Assembly (NCBI RefSeq): GCF_055900595.2
Contig: NZ_CM148325.1
DNA length: 64,000 nucleotides
Strand: one strand, 5' to 3'
Positions 11,196 to 20,970 of the stretch are shown in pieces; within the stretch, counting starts at the first letter, position 1, and every line of letters begins with the position of its first letter. The notes beneath the pieces were generated by a model. It was not told where the DNA came from. It did no database searches and was given only the letters and a program-made list of their open reading frames with translations. The position numbers were made by a program, and so were the translations under genes.

Positions 11196-11576
11196 ATGAG
11201 TAAGGAATATATGAACGATGGTTCATTAAGTGAAAAATGGAAATATCGCTTTAGTTTTTATGATCAACATGGCTTTCCTGGATTCTGGGGGGCAACACCA
11301 GAATATAAAGCAGCATTTAAAGCATTAAAAGTAAGACAACGATTAACTATTCAAATTAATTTCATTGCTTTCTTCTGTTCCTGGATCTATCTATTTGTTC
11401 TGGGTTTATGGAAAAAAGCAATTATAGTTCTATTACTTTGCATTCTATCTCTATTTGTTGGTGCACTAATTGGCGTTAACATTTTGGGAATTGCCGTAGC
11501 AGCCTATGTTGCTGTTAACACGAACAAATGGTTTTATGAGAAAGAGGTAAAAGGGTTAAATACCTGGAGCCTTTGA
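11196..11576 (+). CDS. yigF: Small inner-membrane protein YigF (DUF2628-type)
   Basis: Track ORF trimmed to the ATG at 11196, preceded by a GGAG Shine-Dalgarno (MSKEYMNDGSLSEKWKYRFSFYDQHGFPGFWG..., 126 aa). AT-rich. Confidence 0.8.
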   Translation: MSKEYMNDGSLSEKWKYRFSFYDQHGFPGFWGATPEYKAAFKALKVRQRLTIQINFIAFFCSWIYLFVLGLWKKAIIVLLLCILSLFVGALIGVNILGIAVAAYVAVNTNKWFYEKEVKGLNTWSL

Positions 11577-11582
11577 ATAACT

Positions 11583-11620
11583 GGTGGCTTAGCCGGGCTA
11601 AACCACCACTCTCGTTTTTT
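11583..11620 (+). terminator. Rho-independent terminator for yigG-yigF; its T-tract overlaps the corA stop codon
   Basis: GGTGGCTTAGCC-G-GGCTAAACCACC imperfect hairpin followed by CTCGTTTTTT (11611-11620), between the convergent yigF and corA. Confidence 0.65.
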
Positions 11621-12569
11621 ACAACCAGTTCTTCCGTTTAAAGTACAGATACGGTGCCAGGCCCGCGAGGATCATAAAGATAATCGCGCCTGGGTAGCCG
11701 AAGCTCCACTTCAGTTCCGGCATAAACTCAAAGTTCATCCCGTAGCTGGAAGCGACCAGCGTCGGTGGCAGGAACACCACGGATACCACCGAGAAGATTT
11801 TGATGATGCGGTTCTGCTCGATATTGATAAAGCCCATCGCCGCCTGCATCAGGAAGTTCACCTTCTGGAACAGGGATTCGTTATGCGGCAGCAGGGATTC
11901 GATATCTCGCAGGATTTCACGCGCCTGTTCCAGTTGCCCACCCGGTAAGCGTGCTTTACGTACCAGGAAGTTGAGCGCGCGCTGGGTATCCATCAGACAC
12001 AGGCGAACTTTCCAGCCGATATCTTCCAGTTCCGCCAGCGTGGAGAGCGCCTCGTCGTACTCATCGCCCTGATGCCCTTCCATAATTACCCGGCTCAACT
12101 GCTCCAGGTCGCTGTAGATATTTTCAATTTCATCTGCCAACTGTTCGATTTTGGTTTCGAACAGATCCAGCAGCAGCTCGTAGGCGTTACCGTCCACCAT
12201 TGACTGGCTACGGGCACGCATACGATACAGACGAAAAGCGGGCAGTTCACGCTCACGCAGAGTAAACAGACGACCATCACGGATGGTAAATGCCACAGTG
12301 GAGTTACCGGCGTGATCTTCCGCATCTTCAAAGAAGAAGAAGGAGTGAATATGCAGGCCGTCATCGTCTTCAAAGAAACGTGCCGATGCTTCGATGTCTT
12401 CCAGTTCCGGGCGGGTTGCCAGGCTCTGCCCAAGTTCAGATTGTACGCGCAGTCGCTCGTCGTCATCCGGTTCGACAAGATCAATCCATACTGCATTTAC
12501 AAGGGGTTGTGACTCTTCGACTTCCAGCCGGGTCAGTCGGTTATTTTCCAGTTGAAATGCGCTCAGCAT
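11619..12569 (-). CDS. corA: Mg2+/Co2+ transporter CorA
   Basis: Track ORF trimmed to the ATG at 12567-12569 ([23 protein letters not shown]...). C-terminal [10 protein letters not shown] carries the CorA GMN signature. 316 aa. Confidence 0.95.
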   Translation of the reverse strand: MLSAFQLENNRLTRLEVEESQPLVNAVWIDLVEPDDDERLRVQSELGQSLATRPELEDIEASARFFEDDDGLHIHSFFFFEDAEDHAGNSTVAFTIRDGRLFTLRERELPAFRLYRMRARSQSMVDGNAYELLLDLFETKIEQLADEIENIYSDLEQLSRVIMEGHQGDEYDEALSTLAELEDIGWKVRLCLMDTQRALNFLVRKARLPGGQLEQAREILRDIESLLPHNESLFQKVNFLMQAAMGFINIEQNRIIKIFSVVSVVFLPPTLVASSYGMNFEFMPELKWSFGYPGAIIFMILAGLAPYLYFKRKNWL

Positions 12570-12938
12570 GACCGGGACTCCCAATGCTTAAAATATCGGA
12601 CAGTTCGGTGGGCACACAGAAACAAATTGGGTTTCAGACCATTAAACAGCCTGACTCAGCGCGACGGGAAAAATTGAGGTCGCTGACAACCGCTAAGGCT
12701 ATCAGCAAAAAGGGATAGCCTTAGGAGTTGATCCTGGATGACAGGATAATGAGCCAGTATCTACTGGGTGTGTCCAAGGCGAATGTCCTCTTAGAGTGAT
12801 CGTGCGCGCATGTTACGCCAGCAAAATTTTGCCGTCAACACGCAACAGAACACCACAGAACAATAGTTGAACTTCGCGCTTTTTGGTACTCGTCAAGGTC
12901 GCTAACAGGATAAAAAAATCCCACATCCAGGACCTATA

Positions 12939-13703
12939 ATGGCGCATCGGCTACTCATTGGTAAAGGAATGATCACCTTGAATCTCAAACGGATTTTTCT
13001 CGCCCTCACCTTACTTCCCTTGTTTGCTGTTGCCGCTGATGATTGCGCACTATCAGATCCGACACTGACCGTACAGGCGTATACCGTTAATCCTCAAACA
13101 GAGCGGGTGAAAATGTACTGGCAAAAAGCCAATGGCGAAGCGTGGGAAACGTTACATGCGCTGCTGACGGATATTAATAGTCAGGGTCAGGTGCAAATGG
13201 CGATGAACGGCAGCATATATGATGAAAGCTATGCGCCGCTCGGTTTGTACATCGAAAACGGTCAGCAGAAGGTGGCGTTAAATCTCGCTTCAGGTGAAGG
13301 GAATTTCTTTATCCGTCCTGGCGGTGTGTTTTATGTCGCGGGAGATAAAGTCGGCATCGTTCGTCTGGATGCCTTTAAAACCAGTAAAGAGATTCAGTTC
13401 GCGGTGCAGTCAGGGCCAATGTTGATGGAAAACGGCGTCATTAATCCGCGTATTCATCCCAACGTCGCCTCACGCAAAATTCGTAACGGTGTTGGGATTA
13501 ATAAACAAGGGAACGCCGTGTTTTTGTTGAGCCAGCAGGTGACAAATTTTTATGATTTTGCCTGTTATGCCAAAACGAAACTGAACGTTGAGCAACTGCT
13601 TTATCTTGATGGCACGATTTCACATATGTATGTGAAAGGCGGGGCAATCCCGTGGCAACGCTATCCTTTTGTTACCATGATTTCCGTCGAGCAGAAAAGT
13701 TAA
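12939..13703 (+). CDS. yigE: Conserved exported protein YigE (DUF2233)
   Basis: 254-aa ORF with a signal-like N-terminus (…LKRIFLALTLLPLFAVAADDCA…), between corA and uvrD as in E. coli. Confidence 0.85.
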   Translation: MAHRLLIGKGMITLNLKRIFLALTLLPLFAVAADDCALSDPTLTVQAYTVNPQTERVKMYWQKANGEAWETLHALLTDINSQGQVQMAMNGSIYDESYAPLGLYIENGQQKVALNLASGEGNFFIRPGGVFYVAGDKVGIVRLDAFKTSKEIQFAVQSGPMLMENGVINPRIHPNVASRKIRNGVGINKQGNAVFLLSQQVTNFYDFACYAKTKLNVEQLLYLDGTISHMYVKGGAIPWQRYPFVTMISVEQKS

Positions 13704-13738
13704 AACAACCGTTTTGTGTCACTGAATATGGTGCAGAT

Positions 13739-13841
13739 GCCGGATGCGGCGTAAACGCCTTACCCGGCCTACATGACATTGCAATTTATTGAATCTACAT
13801 GATTTTGTAGGCCGGATAAGGTGCGCAGCACCGCATCCGGC
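13739..13841. repeat. BIME: two REP elements in inverted orientation
   Basis: GCCGGATGCGGCGTAAACGCCTTACCCGGCCTAC (13739-13773) and the inverted copy GTAGGCCGGATAAGGTGCGCAGCACCGCATCCGGC (13808-13841), between the convergent yigE and uvrD. Confidence 0.8.
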
Positions 13842-13845
13842 AACG

Positions 13846-16008
13846 TTATACCGTCTCCAGCCGGGCGTAAGCCGCCACCAGCCATTTAATACCCTGGCCC
13901 TGAAATGCCACCTGCAAACGACTATGTTCGCCGCTGCCTTCCATATTGACGATAGTCCCTTCACCAAACTTGGCGTGTCGTACGCGCTGGCCGAGTTTGT
14001 AACCGCTGTCGTTCTCAACCATCGGCGTACCCATACGCTGATGGCTGACCGGGCGGCTTACCGTAGCGCGTAAACGCACCTCTTCCACACACTCTTCCGG
14101 CAACTCGCCAATAAAACGCGACGGGCGATGGTAAACCTCTTTGCCATACAGACGCCGGGTTTCCGCGTAGGTCAGCGTCAGTTTCTGCATCGCGCGGGTT
14201 ACGCCAACGTAGGCCAGACGGCGTTCTTCTTCCAGACGCCCGCCTTCATCCAGCGACATCTGGCTTGGGAACATGCCCTCTTCCATACCGACAATAAACA
14301 CCTGCGGGAATTCCAGACCTTTCGCCGAGTGTAGCGTCATCAGCTGTACCGCATCCTGCCAGGTATCCGCCTGCCCTTCACCTGCTTCCAGTGCCGCATG
14401 GGAGAGGAACGCCTGCAGCGGCATTAAATCTTCGTCTTCTTCGTTGTAGCTGAACTGGCGCGTTGCCGTCACCAGTTCCTCTAAGTTTTCGATACGCGTC
14501 TGGCCTTTTTCGCCCTTCTCTTGCTCGTACATGGTGCGCAGGCCGGAGTCTTTAATTACCCGATCAGTCTGTACATGCAGCGGCATATCGGCAGTTTCTT
14601 GCGCTAAGGCGTCGATCAGTTCCATAAACCGTTGCAAAGCGCTGGCAGCACGTCCGGCGAGGGCTTTTTCCTGCAACAGTTCACGACATGCCTGCCAGAG
14701 TGTTAACTGGCGATCGCGCGATGTCTGACGTACCACGTCCAGCGTCCGGTCACCAATACCCCGCGTTGGCGTATTCACCACGCGCTCAAAGGCCGCGTCG
14801 TCGTTACGGTTGGCAATCAGGCGCAGATACGAGAGCGCATCTTTGATTTCCTGGCGTTCGAAGAAGCGCATCCCGCCATAAATACGGTACGGCATACTGG
14901 CTTGTAATAACGCCTCTTCCAGTACACGCGACTGGGCATTGCTACGATAGAGAATGGCGCACTCGGCGAGCGCCCCGCCGTTGTCCTGCCAGGTCTTGAT
15001 GCGGTTAACAACAAAACGCGCTTCGTCGAGTTCGTTAAAAGCGCAATAGAGGGAAATCGGCTCACCGTCCGCGCCATCGGTCCACAACTTTTTACCCAAA
15101 CGCCCGTTGTTGTTTTCAATCAAGGCGTTCGCCGCGCTCAGGATATTGCTAGTGGAGCGGTAGTTTTGCTCCAGACGGATAGTTTCGGCACCGGGGAAAT
15201 CATTGAGGAAACGCTGAATATTCTCCACCTGCGCCCCGCGCCAGCCGTAGATTGACTGGTCGTCATCGCCAACAATCATCACTTTGCCAGTATCGCCCGC
15301 CAGCAGGCGGATCCACGCGTACTGAATGTTGTTGGTATCCTGGAATTCGTCTACCAGGATATTGGTAAAACGTTCGCGGTAGTGTTGCAGGATATGCGGC
15401 TTGTTAAGCCACAGTTCGTGGGCGCGTAGCAGTAGTTCAGCGAAGTCTACCAGGCCCGCGCGGTCGCACGCTTCCTGATACGCCTGGTACACCTTCTGCC
15501 AGGTCTGCTCCACCGGATTACCGTAGCTTTGAATATGATGCGGACGCAGCCCTTCATCTTTCTGGCTGTTGATGTACCACATTGCCTGGCGCGGCGGCCA
15601 CTGCTTCTCGTCGAGGTTCATGGCTTTGATCAGACGCTTAAGCAGGCGCAGCTGGTCTTCGCTGTCGAGGATCTGGAAATCCTGCGGCAGGTTGGCGTCC
15701 ATATGGTGCGCACGCAGCAGACGGTGTGCCAGCCCGTGGAAAGTGCCGACCCATATACCGCCCTGGCTGGTACCCATCAGTTGCCCGATACGATGGCGCA
15801 TTTCCGCCGCCGCTTTGTTGGTAAATGTCACCGCCATAATCGAGTACGGCGAGCAGTTTTCCACGCTCATCAGCCAGGCGATACGATGCACCAGTACGCG
15901 CGTCTTACCACTGCCCGCGCCCGCCAGCACCAGAAGGTTGCTGCGTGGCGCGGCCACCGCTTCGCGCTGTTTGTCATTAAGGCTGTCGAGCAGGTAAGAA
16001 ACGTCCAT
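13846..16008 (-). CDS. uvrD: DNA helicase II UvrD
   Basis: Track ORF (782 aa) trimmed to the ATG at 16006-16008, giving [40 protein letters not shown]... (720 aa), a UvrD/Rep superfamily-1 helicase. Confidence 0.95.
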   Translation of the reverse strand: MDVSYLLDSLNDKQREAVAAPRSNLLVLAGAGSGKTRVLVHRIAWLMSVENCSPYSIMAVTFTNKAAAEMRHRIGQLMGTSQGGIWVGTFHGLAHRLLRAHHMDANLPQDFQILDSEDQLRLLKRLIKAMNLDEKQWPPRQAMWYINSQKDEGLRPHHIQSYGNPVEQTWQKVYQAYQEACDRAGLVDFAELLLRAHELWLNKPHILQHYRERFTNILVDEFQDTNNIQYAWIRLLAGDTGKVMIVGDDDQSIYGWRGAQVENIQRFLNDFPGAETIRLEQNYRSTSNILSAANALIENNNGRLGKKLWTDGADGEPISLYCAFNELDEARFVVNRIKTWQDNGGALAECAILYRSNAQSRVLEEALLQASMPYRIYGGMRFFERQEIKDALSYLRLIANRNDDAAFERVVNTPTRGIGDRTLDVVRQTSRDRQLTLWQACRELLQEKALAGRAASALQRFMELIDALAQETADMPLHVQTDRVIKDSGLRTMYEQEKGEKGQTRIENLEELVTATRQFSYNEEDEDLMPLQAFLSHAALEAGEGQADTWQDAVQLMTLHSAKGLEFPQVFIVGMEEGMFPSQMSLDEGGRLEEERRLAYVGVTRAMQKLTLTYAETRRLYGKEVYHRPSRFIGELPEECVEEVRLRATVSRPVSHQRMGTPMVENDSGYKLGQRVRHAKFGEGTIVNMEGSGEHSRLQVAFQGQGIKWLVAAYARLETV

Positions 16009-16066
16009 TGGCACCGCCGCGTAAAAATAGGTTGGGCGGAGAAGCGCAACGCCCTCCGCCAAAAAG

Positions 16067-16082
16067 CTGGGTATATATACAG
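16067..16082 (-). promoter_or_regulatory. LexA (SOS) box in the uvrD promoter
   Basis: Minus-strand CTGTATATATACCCAG fits the CTG-N10-CAG LexA consensus and lies about 60 bp upstream of the uvrD start. uvrD is a known SOS gene. Confidence 0.8.
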
Positions 16083-16091
16083 ATTTGCTGA

Positions 16092-16808
16092 TTATATCAG
16101 CGAGGTCAGAGATGCCAACCGGGAAATTTCCAGATGCGGGAGTAAACGGCTGTCCCAGGTTTGCATCAGATCGCCATTTTCCGGTCTGATCCAACAGGCC
16201 TGCATTCCGCTGCGAATTGCCCCACCCACGTCAGTGGTGAGATCGTCCCCGACATGTAAGATCTCACCGATCGGCACGTTGAGTTTTTCCGCCGCCAGGA
16301 AGTACATATCGCTGAACGGTTTCGAGCGCCCGTGCGGACCAGCGCGCAGCACAAACTCAAAATAATGCCCCAAACCAAACAGCTCCGGCTGGGCGTTACC
16401 GTTGGTGATCGCCACCAGCGGCCATTTCTTCGCCAGCTGTTTTAAGGTGTCGTGCGTTTGCTGCGGAACGTCGATCCGGCTACGCCATTTGGCAAAGTTG
16501 ATCATTGCCGCGTGTGCGCCTGCACTGGCCTCTTCCGCGCTCAGCCCGGCATCAAGCATCGCTTGTTCTATTGAGCGAAAACGCCAGCGCGTCACATCAT
16601 GATAAATCTCGGGTTCCGCTTCCCGTACCGCCTGACGCAGACGTTGCAGATCTTCATTCTGGAAGCTGCGCAGCGCCGGATGGTAATTTTGCACAAAGGT
16701 AAGCGCCTCCTGCTCAGTGCGCAAAATCACCGGACGGTTATCGTAAAGGGTATCATCCAGGTCAAAGGTGAGCGCCGAGATGCGCCCCAAAGGCCGGTAA
16801 AAACGCAT
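16092..16808 (-). CDS. yigB: HAD-family phosphatase YigB (5-amino-6-(5-phospho-D-ribitylamino)uracil phosphatase)
   Basis: 238-aa ORF containing [12 protein letters not shown] (HAD motif I), the last gene of the dapF-yigA-xerC-yigB cluster. Confidence 0.9.
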   Translation of the reverse strand: MRFYRPLGRISALTFDLDDTLYDNRPVILRTEQEALTFVQNYHPALRSFQNEDLQRLRQAVREAEPEIYHDVTRWRFRSIEQAMLDAGLSAEEASAGAHAAMINFAKWRSRIDVPQQTHDTLKQLAKKWPLVAITNGNAQPELFGLGHYFEFVLRAGPHGRSKPFSDMYFLAAEKLNVPIGEILHVGDDLTTDVGGAIRSGMQACWIRPENGDLMQTWDSRLLPHLEISRLASLTSLI

Positions 16809-17704
16809 TATTTCCCCCGTTTGGCGCGTGGATGCGCCGCATCGTACACCGAGGCAAGGTGTTGAAAATCAAGATGAGTATAGATTTGCGTGGTAGAAAG
16901 GTTGGCATGACCCAGCAGCTCCTGTACACCACGAAGATCACCGCTCGACTCCAGCATATGCGTAGCGAACGAGTGACGTAATTTATGCGGGTGAACGTGA
17001 TTATTCAGCCCTTGTTTTATGCCCCATTCGGCAAAGCGTTTCTGCACATTACGCGCGGAGATACGCTTGCCCAGTTTCGACAGAAAAAGCGCGTCGTCTT
17101 CGCTACCAAACAGGTCGCGCAAATCAAGCCAGTGCTCAATCCACGCCACGGCGTTGCGACCAATCGGCAGGCGGCGCTCTTTGCTGCCTTTCCCCATCAC
17201 CCACACTTCACCGGACTCCAGGTCGAGGTGTTTGATATCGAGCCCCACCAGTTCGGAAAGACGCAGACCCGCACCGTACATTACTTCCAGCATTGCCCGA
17301 TCGCGCACGGCGAGGGGATCGTTGATATCAATATCCAGCAGCCGATTTATATCATCGACGTCGATATTTTTCGGCAGATGACGCGGCGCTTTCGGTGCCG
17401 AAACACCTTTCGCCGGGTTGGCTTTAAGTTCGTTCTGGCTGACCAACCAGTCAAAAAAGCTACGTAGCGCAGAGAGGCGTAATGCGAGGCTTGCCGCGCC
17501 CAGCCCTTTACGGCGACTGCGTACAGCGAAATTGCGCACCATCGCCGCATCACATTGCTGCCAGCTTTGCAGGCCGTTTTCGCTGGCAAAATTGATGATC
17601 GCCTCAAGTTGGCGCTGGTAGTTAAGCAGGGTTATCGGGCTAAGCTGACGCTCCACGCTCAGATAACGTAGGTAGCGTTCTACATCGGTGTGTAAATCGG
17701 TCAT
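16808..17704 (-). CDS. xerC: Tyrosine recombinase XerC
   Basis: 298-aa ORF ([33 protein letters not shown]...) with the C-terminal catalytic region [39 protein letters not shown] containing the R-H-R-Y signature. Confidence 0.95.
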   Translation of the reverse strand: MTDLHTDVERYLRYLSVERQLSPITLLNYQRQLEAIINFASENGLQSWQQCDAAMVRNFAVRSRRKGLGAASLALRLSALRSFFDWLVSQNELKANPAKGVSAPKAPRHLPKNIDVDDINRLLDIDINDPLAVRDRAMLEVMYGAGLRLSELVGLDIKHLDLESGEVWVMGKGSKERRLPIGRNAVAWIEHWLDLRDLFGSEDDALFLSKLGKRISARNVQKRFAEWGIKQGLNNHVHPHKLRHSFATHMLESSGDLRGVQELLGHANLSTTQIYTHLDFQHLASVYDAAHPRAKRGK

Positions 17705-18408
17705 ACGCGTTCAATCCAACGCTCCAGAAGCTCCGGCAACATCAGCGCAATTTCATGAAGTAACTGCGTTCCCTGCCCTTGTTGATAGTGACTGGCATCG
17801 CGGCTGGTGAACAGCACGACACCCAAATCAGCATCGCTTCCCAGCATCGACATCGCCACCGATCCCACCGCTTTCGCTTCCGGTAGCACCACCAGCAGCT
17901 CCGGTCCGTTAAGCGGCCCAAGATAGTGCTGTTCCTGCCCCAGACGCTGAATACGCAGCGGTTCGAAAGACTGACGGCTTAATGCGAGATGAGTGTGGTT
18001 CGACGGCGCACCTAAGCGCCAGCGATCCGGAAACAGGCGCAGACTCGCACCTGCCAGGCCGAGATCGCGCGCCCAGCGGTGAAAACGCATCAGCATATCG
18101 TCGAGACTGCTGGCGGCTGTGAGACTACGCTGCAGGTAAAGTAAGCGATAGAACAAGCCTTCGTTGGCGATAGCCTGTTCCATCAACAGCGCCATGTTCT
18201 CTTCCAGAACATGAATATGATGACGTGCGCGGGCCATGTGCCACTCGACCAACGAAACGGTGCCGCGTACCGGATGCGGCACACGTATCGCTTCTACTGC
18301 GCGCGCATTGCGGATAAAAAACTCAGGATTTTTAATCAGATAATCGACAACCGCCCGGTCATCTAGCTCCGTGAGTGTTTCCTGTAGTTCTTCCCCTGGT
18401 TGCTTCAT
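17701..18408 (-). CDS. yigA: Conserved protein YigA (DUF484)
   Basis: 235-aa ORF overlapping the dapF stop and xerC start by 4 bp each, in the conserved position between dapF and xerC. Confidence 0.85.
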   Translation of the reverse strand: MKQPGEELQETLTELDDRAVVDYLIKNPEFFIRNARAVEAIRVPHPVRGTVSLVEWHMARARHHIHVLEENMALLMEQAIANEGLFYRLLYLQRSLTAASSLDDMLMRFHRWARDLGLAGASLRLFPDRWRLGAPSNHTHLALSRQSFEPLRIQRLGQEQHYLGPLNGPELLVVLPEAKAVGSVAMSMLGSDADLGVVLFTSRDASHYQQGQGTQLLHEIALMLPELLERWIERV

Positions 18409-19229
18409 AGATGAATAAATCCGTCGTAGACATGTACCGCCGGCCCCGTCATATATAAGGGGTGACCCGGACCTTTCCAGGCGATATCAAGACGACCGCC
18501 GGGGAGTTCCACACGTACTTCTTCGGCCAGCAAACCTTGCTGAATCCCTACCGCCACCGCCGCACACGCGCCGCTGCCGCAGGCCTGGGTTTCTCCTGCC
18601 CCACGCTCATAAACGCGTAAACGAATATGCTCGCGCTTAACCACTTGCATAAAACCGATATTAGCGCGCTCCGGAAAACGTTCGTGGCTTTCCAGAACAG
18701 GACCAAGCGTTTCTACCGCCGCAGTATCGACATCATCAACCTGAATCACGCAGTGCGGATTTCCCATCGACACCACGCCGCATAAGATTGTCTGCTCGGC
18801 GGCGCGCATAATATAGGTCTTTTCCGCTTTGTTAGCGCGAAATGGCACGGCAGAAGGTTCGAAGTTGGGTTCGCCCATATTGACGCGCACCAGATCGTCA
18901 TCGGTGACGGTCAGAACCATCCGCCCGTTGGCAGTGCTGACGCGGATATCGCGCTTATTGGTCAGCCCTTTCAGGCGCACAAAGCGGGCAAAGCAGCGCG
19001 CGCCGTTGCCGCACTGCGTCACTTCACTGCCATCAGCATTGAAAATGCGATAGTGAAAATCCAGTTCCGGATCATACGGTGGCTCAACCACCAGCAGTTG
19101 GTCAAACCCTATCCCCAGGTGCCGATCCGCCAGGCGACGAATCAGTTCTGGTGAAAAAAAGACATTCTGCGTTACCGCGTCGACGACCATAAAATCGTTG
19201 CCAAGGCCATGCATTTTCGAGAACTGCAT
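18405..19229 (-). CDS. dapF: Diaminopimelate epimerase DapF
   Basis: [33 protein letters not shown]... with the active-site region around [12 protein letters not shown]; started at the second Met (274 aa). Confidence 0.95.
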   Translation of the reverse strand: MQFSKMHGLGNDFMVVDAVTQNVFFSPELIRRLADRHLGIGFDQLLVVEPPYDPELDFHYRIFNADGSEVTQCGNGARCFARFVRLKGLTNKRDIRVSTANGRMVLTVTDDDLVRVNMGEPNFEPSAVPFRANKAEKTYIMRAAEQTILCGVVSMGNPHCVIQVDDVDTAAVETLGPVLESHERFPERANIGFMQVVKREHIRLRVYERGAGETQACGSGACAAVAVGIQQGLLAEEVRVELPGGRLDIAWKGPGHPLYMTGPAVHVYDGFIHL

Positions 19230-19265
19230 CATTTACTCCAATCACGCGGGTACAGAAACTGACTT

Positions 19266-19469
19266 TTAGTAATTCACCTGGGATGGGCCATCGCCAGTGG
19301 CGCGGTCGTTTTTATCCGGCACCGTGGATTGCGTTTGCGTCTCTACCGGTTTGGTCGGTGGCGGTGCGTTTTTATCTGCAGGCGGGAAATAGAGCGGACC
19401 TTTCAGACCGCAGCCCGTCAGGCTGAAGAGAGTAAGTAATACAGTGAGTGCCTTAAACACGTTTTTCAT
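19266..19469 (-). CDS. yifL: Small lipoprotein YifL
   Basis: 67-aa ORF MKNVFKALTVLLTLFSLTGCGLKGPLYFPP... with an LTGC lipobox, directly upstream of dapF. Confidence 0.85.
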   Translation of the reverse strand: MKNVFKALTVLLTLFSLTGCGLKGPLYFPPADKNAPPPTKPVETQTQSTVPDKNDRATGDGPSQVNY

Positions 19470-19557
19470 TATGGATTGCCTGTAAAGTTCATCGCTTTCT
19501 GCTTTCTATCATCGCAGGAGAAGACGTAAAAGCAAGCGTTTAGCGACTCTTTATGAA

Positions 19558-19560
19558 GTC
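19558..19560. repeat. Target-site duplication (GTC), left copy, flanking the IS629-like element
   Basis: GTC immediately abuts the IS terminus at 19561 and is repeated at 20871-20873. Confidence 0.75.
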
Positions 19561-19602
19561 TGAACCGCCCCGGGTTTCCTGGAGAGTGTTTTATCTGTGA
19601 AC

Positions 19603-20493
19603 TCAGGCTGCCAGATCATCGTTTCCGATGGAAGCATAATAAGCTTTTTCTGCTTCTGCCGGAGGAGTATGGCCCAGCCTTCCCAGCAATCGTCGATTGT
19701 TATACCAGTCCACCCACGTTAGTGTGGCCAGTTCCACTTCTGCACGGTTTTTCCAGCTCTTACGGTGTATTACCTCCGCTTTGTAAAGACCATTGATGCT
19801 CTCAGCCATCGCGTTGTCATACGAGTCGCCTGTACTCCCTGTTGATGCCAGTAATCCGGCTTCTTTTAGTCGCTCCGTATAGGCCAGTGACACATACTGA
19901 GAGCCTTTATCGCTGTGATGGATGGTGCCAGACGGACGACGGGCCCACAACGCCTGCTCCAGCGCATCCAGCACGAATGTCGTTTCCATAGACGATGAGA
20001 CCCGCCACCCCACGATGTATCCGGCAAACACATCAATGATAAACGCCACATAGACGAAGCCCTGCCATGTGCTGACGTAAGTAAAATCAGCCACCCACAG
20101 CTGGTCAGGTCGTTCTGCCACGAACTGACGGTTTACGCGGTCGCCTGCGGCAACGGCTTTCCGGCTGATGGTCGTACGGACCTTTTTACCCCGGAGAACA
20201 CCGGCAAGTCCCATAACCGCCATGAGACGTGCCACTGTACATCTGGCCACCCTGATTCCTTCCCGTAACAACTGACGCCAGACTTTACGCACACCGTACA
20301 CCTGATGATTTTCATCGTATACGCGCTGTATCTCTCTCTTCAGCCAGTCGTCGTGCTGCGCACGGGCACTGCGTTTATCCGGATGATGTCGCTGTTGCTG
20401 ACAATGGTAATACGTTGACGGGGCAATATGCAGTTCGCTGCATACCGGTCCGACCCCGTACTGCTCACGCAGCTTATCCAGCAGTGGCATCAT
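19603..20493 (-). CDS. IS629-like transposase OrfB (DDE integrase/catalytic domain)
   Basis: 296-aa ORF ([33 protein letters not shown]...) with an rve-type catalytic core (…[31 protein letters not shown]…[10 protein letters not shown]…[16 protein letters not shown]). In the -1 frame relative to orfA. Confidence 0.9.
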   Translation of the reverse strand: MMPLLDKLREQYGVGPVCSELHIAPSTYYHCQQQRHHPDKRSARAQHDDWLKREIQRVYDENHQVYGVRKVWRQLLREGIRVARCTVARLMAVMGLAGVLRGKKVRTTISRKAVAAGDRVNRQFVAERPDQLWVADFTYVSTWQGFVYVAFIIDVFAGYIVGWRVSSSMETTFVLDALEQALWARRPSGTIHHSDKGSQYVSLAYTERLKEAGLLASTGSTGDSYDNAMAESINGLYKAEVIHRKSWKNRAEVELATLTWVDWYNNRRLLGRLGHTPPAEAEKAYYASIGNDDLAA

Positions 20494-20816
20494 TTTTTCC
20501 AGAGGCGGTCGAACTCCGCCTTCGCAAAATAAGCGGAAGCCTGGCGAAGGATATCGTTACTGCGGCGCAGTTCACGATTTTCACGTTCCAGCTCTTTCAG
20601 ACGCTGACGTTCAGCGCTGGTGAGCCCACCATCACCGCCCCCGGTATCCCGCTCATGCTGGCGAACCCAGACACGCAGAGTCTCCGGCGTACAGCCAATC
20701 TTTGGAGCAATGGAACAAATTGCCGCCCACTGTGAGTCATATTCATCCTGACTTTCCAGAACCATACGAATCGCCCGCTGACGGACTTCGGGGGAAAAAC
20801 GAGTATTTTTAGTCAT
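20490..20816 (-). CDS. IS629-like transposase OrfA (HTH and leucine-zipper protein)
   Basis: 108-aa [67 protein letters not shown]...[28 protein letters not shown]. Ends in the A-run CTCTGGAAAAAATGA, where orfB begins in the -1 frame. Confidence 0.9.
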   Translation of the reverse strand: MTKNTRFSPEVRQRAIRMVLESQDEYDSQWAAICSIAPKIGCTPETLRVWVRQHERDTGGGDGGLTSAERQRLKELERENRELRRSNDILRQASAYFAKAEFDRLWKK

Positions 20817-20870
20817 CCTGTTTACCTCTTTCTCAGGGAGTTTAGTCTCCAGGATTTCCGGGGCGGTTCA

Positions 20871-20873
20871 GTC
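20871..20873. repeat. Target-site duplication (GTC), right copy
   Basis: Direct repeat of 19558-19560, immediately outside the IS terminus at 20870. Confidence 0.75.
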
Positions 20874-20970
20874 TGAAAAATGAGGAATTGCTGCGAGTAT
20901 AACGCTTACACGTGGGGATTTATGTTTTGCTGGTAGTTTCGTGATCGGCACCTCGCGCCAGGATGGCTTT

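Larger units (their letters stand above)
19561..20870 (-). mobile_element. IS629-like insertion sequence (IS3 family), complete copy of 1310 bp
   Basis: Imperfect terminal inverted repeats: TGAACCGCCCCGGGTTTCCTGGAGA at 19561 and the inverted TGAACCGCCCCGGAAATCCTGGAGA ending at 20870. Carries overlapping orfA/orfB whose products I recognise as IS629/IS1203-type OrfA and OrfB. Flanked by a 3-bp GTC direct repeat. Confidence 0.9.

Noticed and set aside
15529-16365. 278-aa plus-strand ORF (and 15569-15997)
   Set aside because: Antisense within uvrD and yigB; spans a gene boundary and has no independent coding evidence.
20941-20970. N-terminal extension (MIGTSRQDGF…) of the first DKNYY-like gene as drawn in the track
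   Set aside because: The ATG at 20971 has a better-placed AGGA Shine-Dalgarno and immediately yields a signal-peptide-like N-terminus; the upstream GTG start is less plausible.
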